Source: Chiloscyllium plagiosum (lineage: Eukaryota). Taken from it: a DNA stretch of 64,000 bases. The notes beneath the pieces are model-generated. The model saw only the letters and a list, made by a program, of their open reading frames with translations, had not been told where the DNA came from and searched no databases. Below are positions 50,731 to 63,415 of the stretch, in pieces. The stretch is taken from assembly GCF_004010195.1 (NCBI RefSeq), contig NC_057750.1:10415478-10479477 (forward strand), written 5' to 3'. A program made the position numbers and the translations under genes. Numbering within the stretch: position 1 is the first letter of the stretch; each line of letters starts with the position of its first letter.

Positions 50731-51551
50731 GACAGGGGACTACTGCTCCTCCTCTTGGTCCACAACGGGTGCTAGAAAAGGCACATCTTCTAGAGTCGGC
50801 AGCCTCAGCCTCCTATTCACTGACAATTCCTAAGCTATAGGAAACCCATTTGGCAACTGCTAAATTTAAATCAAGTCTGCCAACCACACTGATATAAATA
50901 ACTATGTTAATCAAACAGTTTCACTCTGAAGGCCACGCTTACACACTGCAAAATTTGCTGCTGCAGCACCCAAGCAAGTATACAGCACACTGGGGACACG
51001 TTCCCCATTAAAATATTTTACCTCATTCCAGAACCTCTCGTGCCCACCCCAGAGGCAAGTACTGGTGTGTTTGTCTTCTCTTTGTATTTATTTTGTAGAT
51101 AAACATCAGGCACTAACTGTACATAAAGGATTGGTTAACACAAAAGTGCAAATGTTCATAAGGATCAGAGAGGTTAGAAGCACTGTTGTAGAGTTGGGGA
51201 ACTTGTACACTTATAAGAGGAGGCTATGGAACAGTGGTAATGTCACTGAGTTAGTAATCCAGCCTCCCAGACTAATGTTCTGGAGACATGAAAGTTGTCT
51301 AATCGTTACCATGTATCACCATTGTCCATTGTTGTAAATTCCTACCTGGTTCACTAATGCCCTTTAGGAAAGAAAATGTGTCATCCTTAGCCAGTGTGGC
51401 CTACATGTGACTCCAGGTTTGCTTTAATGTGGTTGACTCTTAACTGCCCTCAGTCATTGCCTTGCAAACCATTCAGCATTAGGGATGGGCAACAATGACA
51501 CCCATGTCCCATGGAATGAATTTTTAAAACATGAGTTGATTAAACTTGTTT

Positions 51552-51874
51552 GGGTGGCACGGTGGCTCAGTGATTAGCACTGCTACCTCACAGCACCAGG
51601 GACCCGGGTTCGATTCCAGCCTTGGGCAACTGTCTGTGTGGAGTTTGCACATTCTCCCCGTGTCTGCGTGGGTTTTCTCCGGGTGCTCTGGTTTCCTCCC
51701 ACAGTCCAAAGATGTGCAGGTTAGGGTGGATTGGCCATGCTAAGTTGCCCATAGTGTTAGATGCATTAGTCAGAGGGAAATGGGTCTGGGTGGGTTACTC
51801 TTTGGAGGGTCGGTGTGGACTTGTTGGGCTGAAGGGCCTGTTTCCACACTGTAGGGAATCTAATCTAATCTAAA
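51552..51874 (+). mobile_element. tRNA-derived SINE (HE1/V-SINE type), full length
   Basis: A-box TGGCTCAGTGA, B-box GGTTCGATTCC, V-domain, (TAATC)n tail. Confidence 0.92.
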
Positions 51875-52063
51875 CGTAAAGTTACCATACTCTGGCTCTC
51901 TTTTTAGAGGGATACAAGTGATGATCGTCTTATCTGAGGGTCACCACCTCTGAGGTGAGGGGAGAGGTTGAAAATATGTGTCCTTCATGGCAACCTCTGG
52001 TGGTATGGGAATTGAACCCAAATTGTTTGCATAACTTTGTGTCACAAACCAACCATCCAGCTC

Positions 52064-52167
52064 CCTGTGAGGTAACCAGCCCCCTGTGAGATAACCAGCC
52101 CTCTGTGAGATAACCAATCCTCTGTGAGGTAACCAGCCCCCTGTGAGATAACCAGCCCTCTGTGAGT
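52064..52167. repeat. 19-bp tandem repeat (CTGTGAGATAACCAGCCCT)
   Basis: About 5 units visible. Confidence 0.9.
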
Positions 52168-52379
52168 TGGCACATTCATGAGTCAGAGTGGAATAAGTCA
52201 GAACAAAATGAGACAAAGGACACAATCTTCCCCTCCTTGAGAAGTGACAGAGAAGGTGGGGAAAGGGCAAATAATTGGATAGGTTGGCATGGGACAGATA
52301 ACTGTGCCACTTCCCACCACCAAAGAAATTACATTTTGGATTGGATGGCCCAAATTTGACTTTCTTGCCATACCACCAT

Positions 52380-54375
52380 CGTGAAGTCTCATGGCATAAG
52401 GTCAAATATGGGCAAGGAAACCTCCTGCTTTATTACTATGTATTGTCTTCCCTCAACTGATGAATCAATGCTTCTCCATGTTGAACAACTCTTAGAGGTA
52501 GAACTGAGGGTGGCAATGGCACGAAATGTACTCTGTGCAGGAGATTTCAATCTCCATGACAATATTGTTAGACAATTAAACAATTCACTGGCTCAATGAT
52601 GGAAGAGACCAGCACATTAATGTAAAAGATAAGTCTGATGCATTCATAGCAACCTTCAACCAGAAATGCCAGATGATCGATCTCAAACACCTTCAAAGGT
52701 CCCCAGCATCACAGATTCTACTCTTCAGCCAATTAGATTCACTTTATGTGATATCAAGAAACAGTGGGAGGCACTGGATACTGCAAAGAGTGCGGGTCTT
52801 GCCAACATTCCAGCAATAGTACAGAAGACTTGTGTTCCAGAACTTGCTGCTCCCCTAGCCAAGCTCTTCCAGTACAGTTATTGACATCTACCTGTCAATG
52901 TTGAAAATTGGCCAAGTATGTCCTATACTCAAAAAGAAGGATGAACCCAACCCGACCAATTATCGCTCCACTAGAATACTCTTGATCATCAGTAAAGGCT
53001 GGAAGGTGTCATCAATAGTACAATCAAATAGGACTCTTCAGCAATTATCCACGTATTAACCCCCAGACATAGAGTCATCGAGTCATACAGCACGAAAACA
53101 GACTCTTCGGTCCTACCAGTTCATGCCAACATAATCCCAAACTAAACTAGTTTCACCTTCCAGTGGTTTGGCCTATATCCCTCCAAACATTTCTTATTCA
53201 TGTACCTAAATAAATGGTTTTTAAAAATGTTGTAACTGTACCCATATCCACCACTTCCTCTGGAAGTTCATTCCACACGTGAACAACTCTCAGTATAAAA
53301 ACATTGCTCCCATATTTTTCTAAAATCTTTTTCCTCTCACCTTAAAAATATATCTCCTATTCTTGAAATCCCCAACCATGGAAAAAGACACCTGCTATTC
53401 ACCTTATCTATACCTCTCATTATTTTAAAAACCTCTGTTAGATCACCTCCCAATTGCCTATATTCCACTGAAAACAAGTTCCAGCCTATCCAGCCTCCCT
53501 TATAACTCAAACCCTCCATTCCAGGCAACATCCTGATAAATCTCTTCTCAATTCTCCTCAGGTTAATAATATCCTTCCTATAACAGGGTGACCAGAACTG
53601 AGCACAGTACTTCAAAAGAGGCCTCACCAACGTCCTGAACAACTGTAACATAATATTTGGGTTCTGCCAGGGCCATTCAGCTCCTGACCCCATTACAGCA
53701 TTGGTTCAAACAAGATAAATGAGCTGAACTCCAGAGGTGAGAGTGACTACCCTTGACATCAAGGCTGCATTTGACCAGGCGTTGCATCAAGGAACTCTAG
53801 AAAAACTGGAATCAATAAGAAAGAAGGAAAAAAACACTCCACTAGTTGGAGTCATACCTGAAACATAGGAAGGTGGTTGAGGTTTTTGGAGGTCAGTCAT
53901 CTCAGCTCCAGGACATCTCTGCAGGAGTTCCTCAAGTAGTGTCCTAGGCCCAACCATCTTCAGCTGCTTCATCAATGATCTTTCTTGTGGAGTATGGAGT
54001 AGCGTCCGAAAGCTACCGCATCCAAATAAACCTGTTGGACTATAACCTGATATTGTGTGATTTTTAACTGTACACCCCAGTCCACCAATGGCGTCTCCAA
54101 ATCATCCCTCCACCAAGCATTCTTAGTAGCAGCAGTGTGTACCATCTACAAGGTGCACTGTAGAAATATTCCTCCAAGCCACACATCATCTGACTTGGAA
54201 ACATATCACCAAACCTACACTGTTGCTGGGTCAAAATTCTGGAATTCCCTCCTAAGGGCATTGTGAGACCAGCTACAACATAAGGACTGCAGCTCACCAC
54301 CACTTTCTCAAGGGCAGTCAGGGATGGGCAATAAATGCTGGCCTAGCCAGCGACACCCGCATTCCATGACTGAAT
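52380..54375 (+). mobile_element. Degenerate CR1/L2-group LINE of a different family, interrupted by a minus-strand CR1 (53070-53650)
   Basis: CAGDFNLH (endonuclease), PELAAPLAKLFQYS, and RT remnants LDIKAAFD and GVP...VLGPTIF. Confidence 0.75.
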
Positions 54376-55584
54376 TTGTTTTTAAAAATTGAGGCCCTCA
54401 AGTGTTTAATTAATGGGCATCTAGGCTGCAAAAACTTCAGGTCCAGGTGAGTGTGCATGGCACTGTCATGTTCTGGAGGTGTGTCGGTCTTTGATTGGCT
54501 AGCAGGTGGGACTTTCTAACCCAAACTGAAATTATGGCACAAGGCAAACTCATAGTCACTTGATTCTGAGCTCAAAGCTTCTGAACTGAAGTCCAAACAG
54601 CAGTCACTGCAATACATGAGGGAGTGGGAAAATTACCAGAAAACATTTTTTAGGAGACTGTCACACCACTTTTGACAGGGAGTTCTAATTTGGCCACTGA
54701 TTCTCAGAGGGAGTAGGGTATGACTGTGAGTGAGGCAGACGGGGGGACCCAAAAGGCAGGAGTTCAGGATCCTGAGTTGCAATTTTCCGAGAATTCCTCA
54801 ATTCACCTCAATAAAGACATTCTAGTTTCAGATAATCAATTGTGAACCATCAGCAGGTAACTCGACCTGTTAAAACTCTAATTCCCTATAAACACCCTAT
54901 ATATATCTCACACACACAAAAATGTGGGTATTATGGATGGAAGGAAATAGCAGGAAGGCAGTTCCACGTTTGCAGAAATGATTCGTATAATACGTGGTCT
55001 GCTCTGAATACTGTTTCCCACATTTCCTTTTTCTTTACCCATTGGGTCTCAAAAGGACCACACTGACAAGTTCACTGAAACAGGTATGATTAGTTAAAGG
55101 TCACAGCTTACAGAAACTGCTGGAGGAAAAACAAAATGATTTACTTCTGGCTTAATGTGGTTTTTAATGCAAGAGTTCCTGAGATGGTGCAGGCTTCTCT
55201 GTATATTGTTCACAGCCCTAAGCAGTTCAGTTACTTGAGAGTCATTCACATAGTTGTTGGCAGGCAGAAGATCTTTGATATTGATATCTGGTGACTAGTC
55301 CACAGACCAATCTGCTATGTGTCCAAACCAAAGCTCCATACCAACCCTTCACTCCAGTACGTTTGCGAACTACACCTGGTTTGGTCTACACCTGAATCAT
55401 GCTGTCAGTAACATAACTAGGGAAGTAGAGAATGTATTAAACAAAATAGTGAGGGCAAGGAATCACATTTGGGATGATGTGGCAAATCAAAGAGTCAAGT
55501 GAGAAATAAACAGGAAGGGATAGATAGTTCAAATATAAGAAAAATCAACAGAGAAGACGAGAGGTTACAAAAGTAATAAAAGAA

Positions 55585-56600
55585 AACTAAAGCTCTGTAT
55601 CTGAATGCATGCAGCATTTAGTTATACCAATCGCTATAAAGAAATGAAACTAGACAGATCACCTGGTGTCGACTGAGGCACTGGAAAAGACAATGCCAGA
55701 AACAACCCTGTTGACCCTGCAAAGTCCTCCTTACTGACATCTGGGGCCAGTGCCAAAACTGGGAGAGCTGACTGATGAGGCTAATGAAGCAACAGATGGA
55801 CATTAAAGAAAGACAGGAAGCTAGGAAAAGGAGGGGTGGTTCTGTTAACTCATGACTGTATTAATACAATAGACAGTACCGATCTAAGAAATAAAGAAAT
55901 CAGGATGCAGAGGCAGCTGGGGTAGAAATACAAAATTACAAAGACAAGAAATTATTTGTCAGAGTGGTGTACAGGTCCCTGAACAGTAACCACATAGTAG
56001 GATGAAATATAAAGGAAGAAATAATAGGAGCCTGTCACAATGGTATAACGCTAATCATGGAGATTATAATCTTTGCATAGATCGTAGATCTATGTGTGCA
56101 TGTATCAGATGAGTAAAGATAGTTCAGATTAAAGGTTCATAAAGCATTTTCAAGGTAGTTGCTTAGAACAGCACATTATGGAGTCAATGAGAGCTAGGGT
56201 ATTAGGCAAAGAGATTGGATTAATTTATGGCTTCATATTTAAGGTGCCCATAGGCAGCAATAATCATTAATATCATTTAATTTTATAATTTATTTGATTG
56301 GGGGAAGAATGGGACCAATACCAGTGTTTTAAAATTAAATAAGGGCACTGGCAAATTGGGTTAAAGGATAGGTCAATAGTGATGCAATGGCAGATTTTTA
56401 AGGGGATAGCTCAGAATACACAGATTAATCACATTCCAGCGAGGAAGAAAAATTCCAAGGGGAGTAGCCACCATCTATAGTTAACTAAGAAAAGGCAAGG
56501 ATAGTATAAAACAGAAATATAAAGCATAACATTGAGCAGAGATGGGAAGCAGTTTGGAAGGCTGAATAGAATATTAAAAACATGCAAAATATAGAGTAAA
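55585..56600 (+). mobile_element. Highly degenerate CR1 endonuclease region, cut by the ERV
   Basis: LKALYLNA.SI-like start and IMGDYN-like motif with many stops. Confidence 0.55.
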
Positions 56601-56601
56601 C

Positions 56602-57927
56602 TGTGAGATATTGTATCATGGGTCTCTTTACTAACCCACTCACAAGCATTCTATGTTTACAAATATTGCATTTTCATTCATTCATCATAAAATGGTGCTT
56701 TTGTAATACATTTTACTATTCCAAGATAATCTAAATTAAAGCTGCCCTTCCAACCCATTACTGCTTCTTCACACCTTCAATCCTTATCAGCTCCATGCTG
56801 CAAGTAGTGTTTAGACCTATTTCTATTTCAAAAGCTATCCCTGAACAAATGTCAATATTGTAATCTATCCAGAACAATGCCAAGTCCACCACCTTGCCTC
56901 CATAACTCACCTGAAACTATGGAAAGATTATAATATTAATCAGCCCTTAGCAAACATCTCTCGGGATCTGAATAGATTGCAGAACATCAAACTGTTTCCT
57001 CAACTGTTAAATACACCATCCCCTTTAAGAAACTTACGGTCAAAACAGCGCTCCTGTGAAACTGCTTGAAAGACTGAATGTCAAAACTGGCAAATAGCAA
57101 ATAAAATGTTTGAGAAGATTTGTAGCTCAGGTTGATGTTCTGGATGTAGGTTTGCTCGCTGAGCTGGAAGGTTCATTTTTCAGACGTTTCATCACCATAC
57201 TAGGGAACATCTTCACTTCGGCTTCGTCCGGAGGCTCACTGAAGATGTTACCTAGTATGGTGACGAAACGTCTAAAAAAATGAACATTCCAGCTCAGCGA
57301 GCAAACCTATATCCAGTAAATAAAATCTCGTGACCCAGCTGCAGTAATCAGTTTACTATCCCTTATACTTTCATTAAGCACATGCATAATTTCTAAATTA
57401 TTTAGATCATATGTGTTAGTAACATTTACTGACTTAAAAGATGAAAGGACGAATACCTCTTAGTAGACCAGACAAACACTCTAATCACATCAGGGGTAGC
57501 AGCCAGCACTTAGCAAATGTTGAAACAATCGCCTGCTTCACCAGGAGAGATGTCTCGCAAACGTTTTGTGTACAACCGATTAAACCATGTAACACCATAG
57601 CGATAGAATTTTAATGTACGCAAGAACGGTGTATAAAGACTTGGAGATAGTGAGGACTGCACATGCTGGAAGTCACAGTCAATGAAAGGTAAAGCTGGAA
57701 AGGCACAGCAGGTTCTGATGAAGATCCTGATGAAGGATCCCAACCCGAAACATCGACTCTCCTGCTCCTCCGATGCTACCTGACCTGCTGTGCCTTTCCA
57801 GCTCCACTTTTTATCGACTGCGTATAAAGAAGCGACGGTAAGAATTGTACTTCGCTGCCTTGACATGTGTTATTGTGAATGCTCAACAAAGAGGCAATTT
57901 CAGTTGTTATTTGAATGCAATCCCATA
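56602..57927 (+). repeat. ERV 5' LTR (starts TGTGAGATATTG; contains two Penelope-type inserts at about 57108-57316 and 57642-57818)
   Basis: Colinear with 61871-63815. The right boundary is inferred from the candidate primer binding site. Confidence 0.8.
57236..57275 (+). ncRNA. Hammerhead ribozyme motif, third family
   Basis: uca-CUGAAGA-U-GUUACC(UAGUAU)GGUGAC-GAA-ACGU-C-u(a/g)a; the inverted arm at about 57180-57216 keeps uga for stem I. Confidence 0.62.
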
Positions 57928-57930
57928 ATT

Positions 57931-57948
57931 TGGAGAACCAGCGCAGTT
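57931..57948 (+). promoter_or_regulatory. Candidate primer binding site (TGGAGAACCAGCGCAGTT), loosely tRNA-Thr-like
   Basis: Begins with TGG downstream of the LTR-homologous region; partial resemblance to TGGAGGCCCCAGCGAGAT (from memory). Confidence 0.35.
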
Positions 57949-58990
57949 GGCTGGTTCAATGGGGAACACCATCTGAACTGACCGGTCGCTGACAGCTCTT
58001 CAAAGGGTAAGAAGCTTCCTCCTTATAGTCATGATCCAGTCACTGAACGCGATCCAGAACCTCTTGAGAGTTGGCATTTTTTGAATTCCCTACCCTCTCC
58101 ATCCAGACCTCGTGCACTAGAGGTCTCCTGGAATAGCCCACGGCAGGAAATTGCCTACGGTGCATGAATTTCGGTGACCATGAGTTACCCCAGAAAGCTG
58201 TCTATGACCTCCAAAGGCAGGCTAGCCCCTACTGACATCACTGATGAAGAAATACTGCACCAGTTACAGAACCACCTTGAGATACCCTGACCAAAACCGG
58301 GCAGAAATATAACATGCCACAAAGGACAGTGGACATGAAACAGGTATGGGGAAAAAAACCACCTGACAGAAAAATAAAGACAGAACTAAATGGTCCCTTG
58401 CATTAATGGGACAAAATGGCCAAAGAAATGAAATATGTCCTGATCACTCCGTGATGGTGAAGTAACCCACCTGAAAGAGCAGTTAAAGGCACTGCATGAA
58501 CAGCTGCTCAAAGAAAGATCAAAACGGGGAAAGAGCTGAATTTAAAATGCAGGAGTTTGAGGAAGAGAATAAGAAACTGAAGGACGAGCAAACAGTCCTT
58601 TCAGTTTCTTCCCCGGTTCTCAAGCCCATACAGAATTTGTAGCCAACTCCCCGAGACATCCAGGAAGTGGTTTGGCAAAACCAAGCTATTGCCTTTGGGA
58701 AAGAAAGGGACACAAGTGATAGGTCCTCTAGCAGTGAAAGTGATAAGGACTGTATATCCTTGGCACCACTTTTACGCCCCCTTAAAACCAAGCAGGTGAA
58801 AATAGATAAAGTGGTCAGGCAAAGGTCAGAGGATGGCACTGAGGTCGATGTTCTGGTAAAATGGACTGAAGAGCACACTGTGCATGGATCTGCGAACCCC
58901 CGAAAACATAGGCAGGTGGTCTAAAGAAATGCCTCACCCGAAGAAAGGGCCAGTGAAGACATAGGAAAGCCTAAAGGTTATATACATGCT

Positions 58991-59664
58991 TGTGAGAAAC
59001 AAAACTCACATATTAATAAATTTCAGTCAGAGTCAAATTCTGAAGCAGCAAATTTTATTGATACGTACTTGCAAGAACGGGTATCAAACGAGTAAGCACC
59101 TCAATCTGAGGGTTACATTCTGATTTATGCTGTTCAGCTGCGTCTCTCCCCCTTCACCCCATAGGTTACTTTTACTGTAGCGCGTAGCCTATCACAAGCT
59201 CTAGCTTCACTCCACCTTTGTCTAGCTTCTCTCCGCCTCTGTTTACTTCTCCCATTACTCTAAGCCTGTCGCCCCTTACTCTTATTTATCTCATTCCTTA
59301 TATGTGACTATCCTGGCATAGTTTGCTGTCTTTCGTGCGATCATCCTGCCAAACTAAATTCCATCCGTTGGCCACATCCCTCCTGCGACTGGCACACTAT
59401 TCTCCTGTTACTGGTACATCCCGCCACACGGTCACTCTGCCCTATTAGTCAGAGGTAATTCTACCTGTTTTCGCATCTTCTGTTTTCCTATACCTGGTAC
59501 ATCCTGCTACACGGTTGCTCTGTCCTATTAGTCATAGATAATTCTACCTGTTTTCACTTCTCATTGTTTAGTATTTGCATGCGCAGCCTAATTTTATAAT
59601 GTAAGCTTTTGCAGAAGCAACACCTGTTCCCTTATTCTGCACAATTTTAACCCTATAGCTTACA
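58991..59664 (-). mobile_element. Solo LTR of another element nested in the ERV gag region
   Basis: Termini TGTGAG...CTTACA, 5-bp target duplication ATGCT/ATGTT, minus-strand AATAAA at about 59053-59058, internal direct repeat of about 62 bp (59411, 59494). Confidence 0.72.
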
Positions 59665-61304
59665 ATGTTCCATCCCTGGGATGGGGTACAGAATCTGAAT
59701 GTTATTGTAACCAAAAGAGAAGGACACCTTCTCCATGATGCTATTAGACAGCACAGCAGGAACTGCAAACTGGCTGAACAGCAGTAAAACCGATCTCCTA
59801 TTACAGTTTAAAAAGCTGTAAAACCACCCAGCAGCAGCAGGAACTGCTAAAACTGACAAAAAACTTAAAGAGTCCTCCCCGTACCCCTCTACGCTCCTTC
59901 TGGCTTTATGCTAGCAGAGGGGAGAGGGACTGTATGTGACCATGAGAATGGGCGAAATGGACATTGAGTGGCATTTGGACACAGGAGCAAATTGAAGTAG
60001 CCACTCCAGACGTATGAGACCAAACTCCCGCTCGACAGGACAGTAAGAACTGCTTACGGAGCAAGAGCTGACAGGATCAAAATTAGAAGGACCAAACCCA
60101 TGCAGATTGCACTGGGCCCCCACGAGTTAGTAACCTTTATATGAGTAGGACCTATAGCCCAGCCACTCATCGAAATGGATATCCTCACCCAACTAAATTC
60201 ATCTTTACATTTCAATGATGGACAGATAACGCGGTCCATCAGAATCTTATGAAGGGAAGAATTAAAGGATCACCCCAACTAAGCTAAAGACAAGGATGTC
60301 AGCAGGTTTTAAAGGAACATCTTCACCTTGCACTGAACAGTACCTCATCAGCCCAACATCTACTGCAGGAATCCTCCTGATAATTCAAAAGTCAGAGGAA
60401 GCAGGGACATTGATAAAAACCCACAGCATCTCTAACAGCCCAGTGTGGCCCATGCGAAAGGCAAGTGGGAAATGGAGACTAACCCACAAATTACAGGAAA
60501 GCTGGATGGGCTGTCATGACACTCACTCTGTCATGACATTGGGAAGGCTACCCCTGGAGCATCGGCACAGCCAGCACAATTATGGGCTCTGACTGAAGCC
60601 TGCAGAATAGCAGAAGGTTCAGTGTGCCAACATTTACACAAACACCTGCTATGCTTTTGGAGTTGCCTACAATTTTGGAAGGATTGACTGGGAACTTTCA
60701 CTGTCCCTGTCATCCACAGTCACCAGGGCAGGTGGAAAGAATGAATCAGACCCTGAAACAGCGACTGGCTAAATATCACCAGGAGGGAGTGCCCTGTGCC
60801 CAGACTTTACCAATAGTTCTGTGTAGTGTCAGGATTACCCCAACAAAACACAGATCTGAGTCCCTTATAAATAGTGACAGGCAGGCCAATGTCCCTACCT
60901 GGGACAGTAGACCTACAAAGGGCCGACTGACATCTTCAGAGTGATGTTCTATTGTCCTGTAACAAAGTACTAACCGATGTTGTAAGTTCTGCCTCCTCAC
61001 TGGTATCAAGTTGAAGAAAAACTGCACATGATGGAGTCCAAAGTAGACAAGCAGGAAGCTGGAAGAACACAGCAAGCCAGGCAGCATCAGGAGGTGGAGA
61101 AGTCAACATTTTGGGTGTAACCTCACAGGTATTGGCTGCCTGGAAGGACCTGCTGGAGAGAGGTCACAACATTGTACCAGGTGAGTTGGTTCTTGTGAAA
61201 AAGATCCACAAGGAACCCCTTATGCGCGAAATGGAAAGGACCATACCAGTTGCTGCTGATCACCCAGTCAGCTGTCAAGGTCTGAGGAAAGAAGGCCTGG
61301 ATTT

Positions 61305-61612
61305 TAAATTAGATTCCCGAGTGTGGAAACAGGACCTTTGGTCCAACAGGTCCACACCGACCCTCTGAAGATTAACCCAGCCAGACCCATTCCCCTAACT
61401 AATGCACCTCACCTACACATCTCTGCACACTATGGATAATTTAGCATGGCCAATTCACCTAACCTGCACATCTTTGAATTGTGGGAGGAAACCAGAGCAA
61501 ACCCACATAGACACAGGGAGAACATGCAAACTCCACACAGAGGGTCACCTGAGGCTAGAATCAAACCTGGATCTCTGGCGCTGTGAGGCAGCAGTGCTAA
61601 CCACTGAGTCAC
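61305..61612 (-). mobile_element. V-SINE inserted at the end of ERV pol
   Basis: Reverse complement of ACTCAGTGGTTAGCACTGCTGCCTCACAGCGCC with the V-domain. Confidence 0.88.
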
Positions 61613-61855
61613 ATCAAATGGGCATTTTACAGTACAGCAGAACCAGATACTAACTGACCAGCATGATGTTTATTATTGTTATTCTAACTGTGCATGTTGT
61701 TTTCCCTTTTGTAAGGTGCAGTTGCCCACAAGCTGTTAAAAATATGAACCATCCCCATCTACGGGACATGTCCCCGCAGGCCCCTCCAAAATCTAAAGTG
61801 GTGCCTTTGAGTTAGGATAAGAATTGAGTGATTTGCTTTGAAGGGTCTCAGTAGA

Positions 61856-61870
61856 ATCAAAAGGGGGGGC
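61856..61870 (+). promoter_or_regulatory. ERV polypurine tract
   Basis: AAAAGGGGGGG immediately before the 3' LTR. Confidence 0.85.
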
Positions 61871-61934
61871 TATGAGATATTGCATTAAAGGTATCTTTAC
61901 TAACCTACTCACAAGTGCTCTATATTTGCTAATA

Positions 61935-62498
61935 GCTGAAAGTGTGTTGCTGGAAAAGTGCAGCAGGTCAGGCAGCATCCAAGGAGCAGGAGAATCGACG
62001 TTTTGGGCATGAGCCCTTCTTCAGGAATGAGGAAAGTGTGTCCAGCAGGCTAAGATAAAAGGTAGGAAGGAGGGACTTGGGGGAGGGGCGTTGGAAATGT
62101 GATAGGTGGAAGGAGGTTAAGGTGAGGGTGATAGGCCGGAGTGGGGGTGGGGGCGGAGAGGTCAGGAAGAAGATTGCAGGTTAGAAAGGTGGTGCTGAGT
62201 TCGAGGGTTGGGACTGAGAGAAGGTGGGGGGAGGGGAAATGAGGAAACTGGAGAAATCTGAGTTCATCCCTTGTGGTTGGAGGGTTCCTAGGCAGAAGAT
62301 GAGGCACTCTTCCTCCAGCCATCATTTTGTATGGTCTGGCGATGGAGGAGTCCAAGGACCTGCATGTCCTTGGTGGAGTGGGAGGGGGAGTTGAAGTGTT
62401 GAGCCACGGGGTGGTTGGGTTGGTTGGTCCAGGTGTCCCAGAGGTGTTCTCTGAAATGTTCCGCAAGTAGGCGGCCTGTCTTCCCAATATAGAGGAGG
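61935..62498 (-). mobile_element. Penelope-like retroelement 3' fragment (GIY-YIG endonuclease C-terminal half plus terminal repeat)
   Basis: Minus strand LLYIGKTGRLLAEHFREHL...HPVAQHFN; 15-bp target duplication CTATATTTGCTAATA (61920-61934 and 62499-62513). Confidence 0.9.
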
Positions 62499-63032
62499 CT
62501 ATATTTGCTAATACTGTGTTTTCATTCATTCCTAAAATCTCATTTTTGTAGTACAATTTACTATTACAAGGTAGACTAAACTAAAACAGCCCTTCCAACC
62601 CATTACTGCTTCTTCACACCTTCAATCTTTATCAACCCCATACTGAAAGCAATGTTTGGACCTATTTTTATATCAAAAGCTATCCTTGAATAAGTGTCAA
62701 TATTGTAATCTATCCAGAACAATGCCATGTCCACCACCATGACTCACCCAAAACTTATGGAAAGATTATAATATTAATCAGCCCTTAGCAAGCATCTCTC
62801 AGGATCTGAATAGATTGCAGTACATCAAACCATTTCCTCAACTGTACCTGTTAAATACACCATCCCCTTTAAGAAACTTATGATCAAAACAGCACTTCTG
62901 TGGAACTGCATGAATGAATGTCAAAACCGGCAAATGGTAAATAAAATCTCATGTCCCAGCTGCGGTAATCAGTTTAATATCCCTTATACTTTCATTAAGC
63001 ACATGCATAATTTCTAACTTATTTAGATTATA

Positions 63033-63415
63033 TAGAGATGTACAGCATGGAAACAGACCTTTTGGTCGAACTTGTCCATGCACACCAGATATCGTAACCT
63101 AAACTAGTCCCATTTGCCAGCACATAGCCCATATCCCGCTAAACCCTTCCTATTCATATACCCATCCAGATTCCTCTTAAATGCTGTAATTGTACCAGTC
63201 TCCACCACATCCTCTGGCAGCTCATTCCAGTACCAGTCTCCACCACATCCTCTGGCAGCTCATTCCATACATGCACCACCCTCTGTGTGAAAACGTTGCC
63301 CCTTGGCTCCCTTTTAGATCTCTCCCCTCTCACCCTCAACCCATGCTGTCTAGTTCTGGACACCCCCACCCAGGGAAAAAATCTTGCCTATTTATCCTAT
63401 TCATGCCCCTCATGA
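63033..63415 (-). mobile_element. CR1-type LINE 3' fragment
   Basis: FTQRVVHVWNELPEDVVE, with a short internal tandem duplication. Confidence 0.88.

Noticed and set aside
51552..51625. tRNA-like sequence with A and B boxes (also 13030-13105)
   Set aside because: It is the head of a V-SINE that continues into the SINE body and tail, not a tRNA gene.
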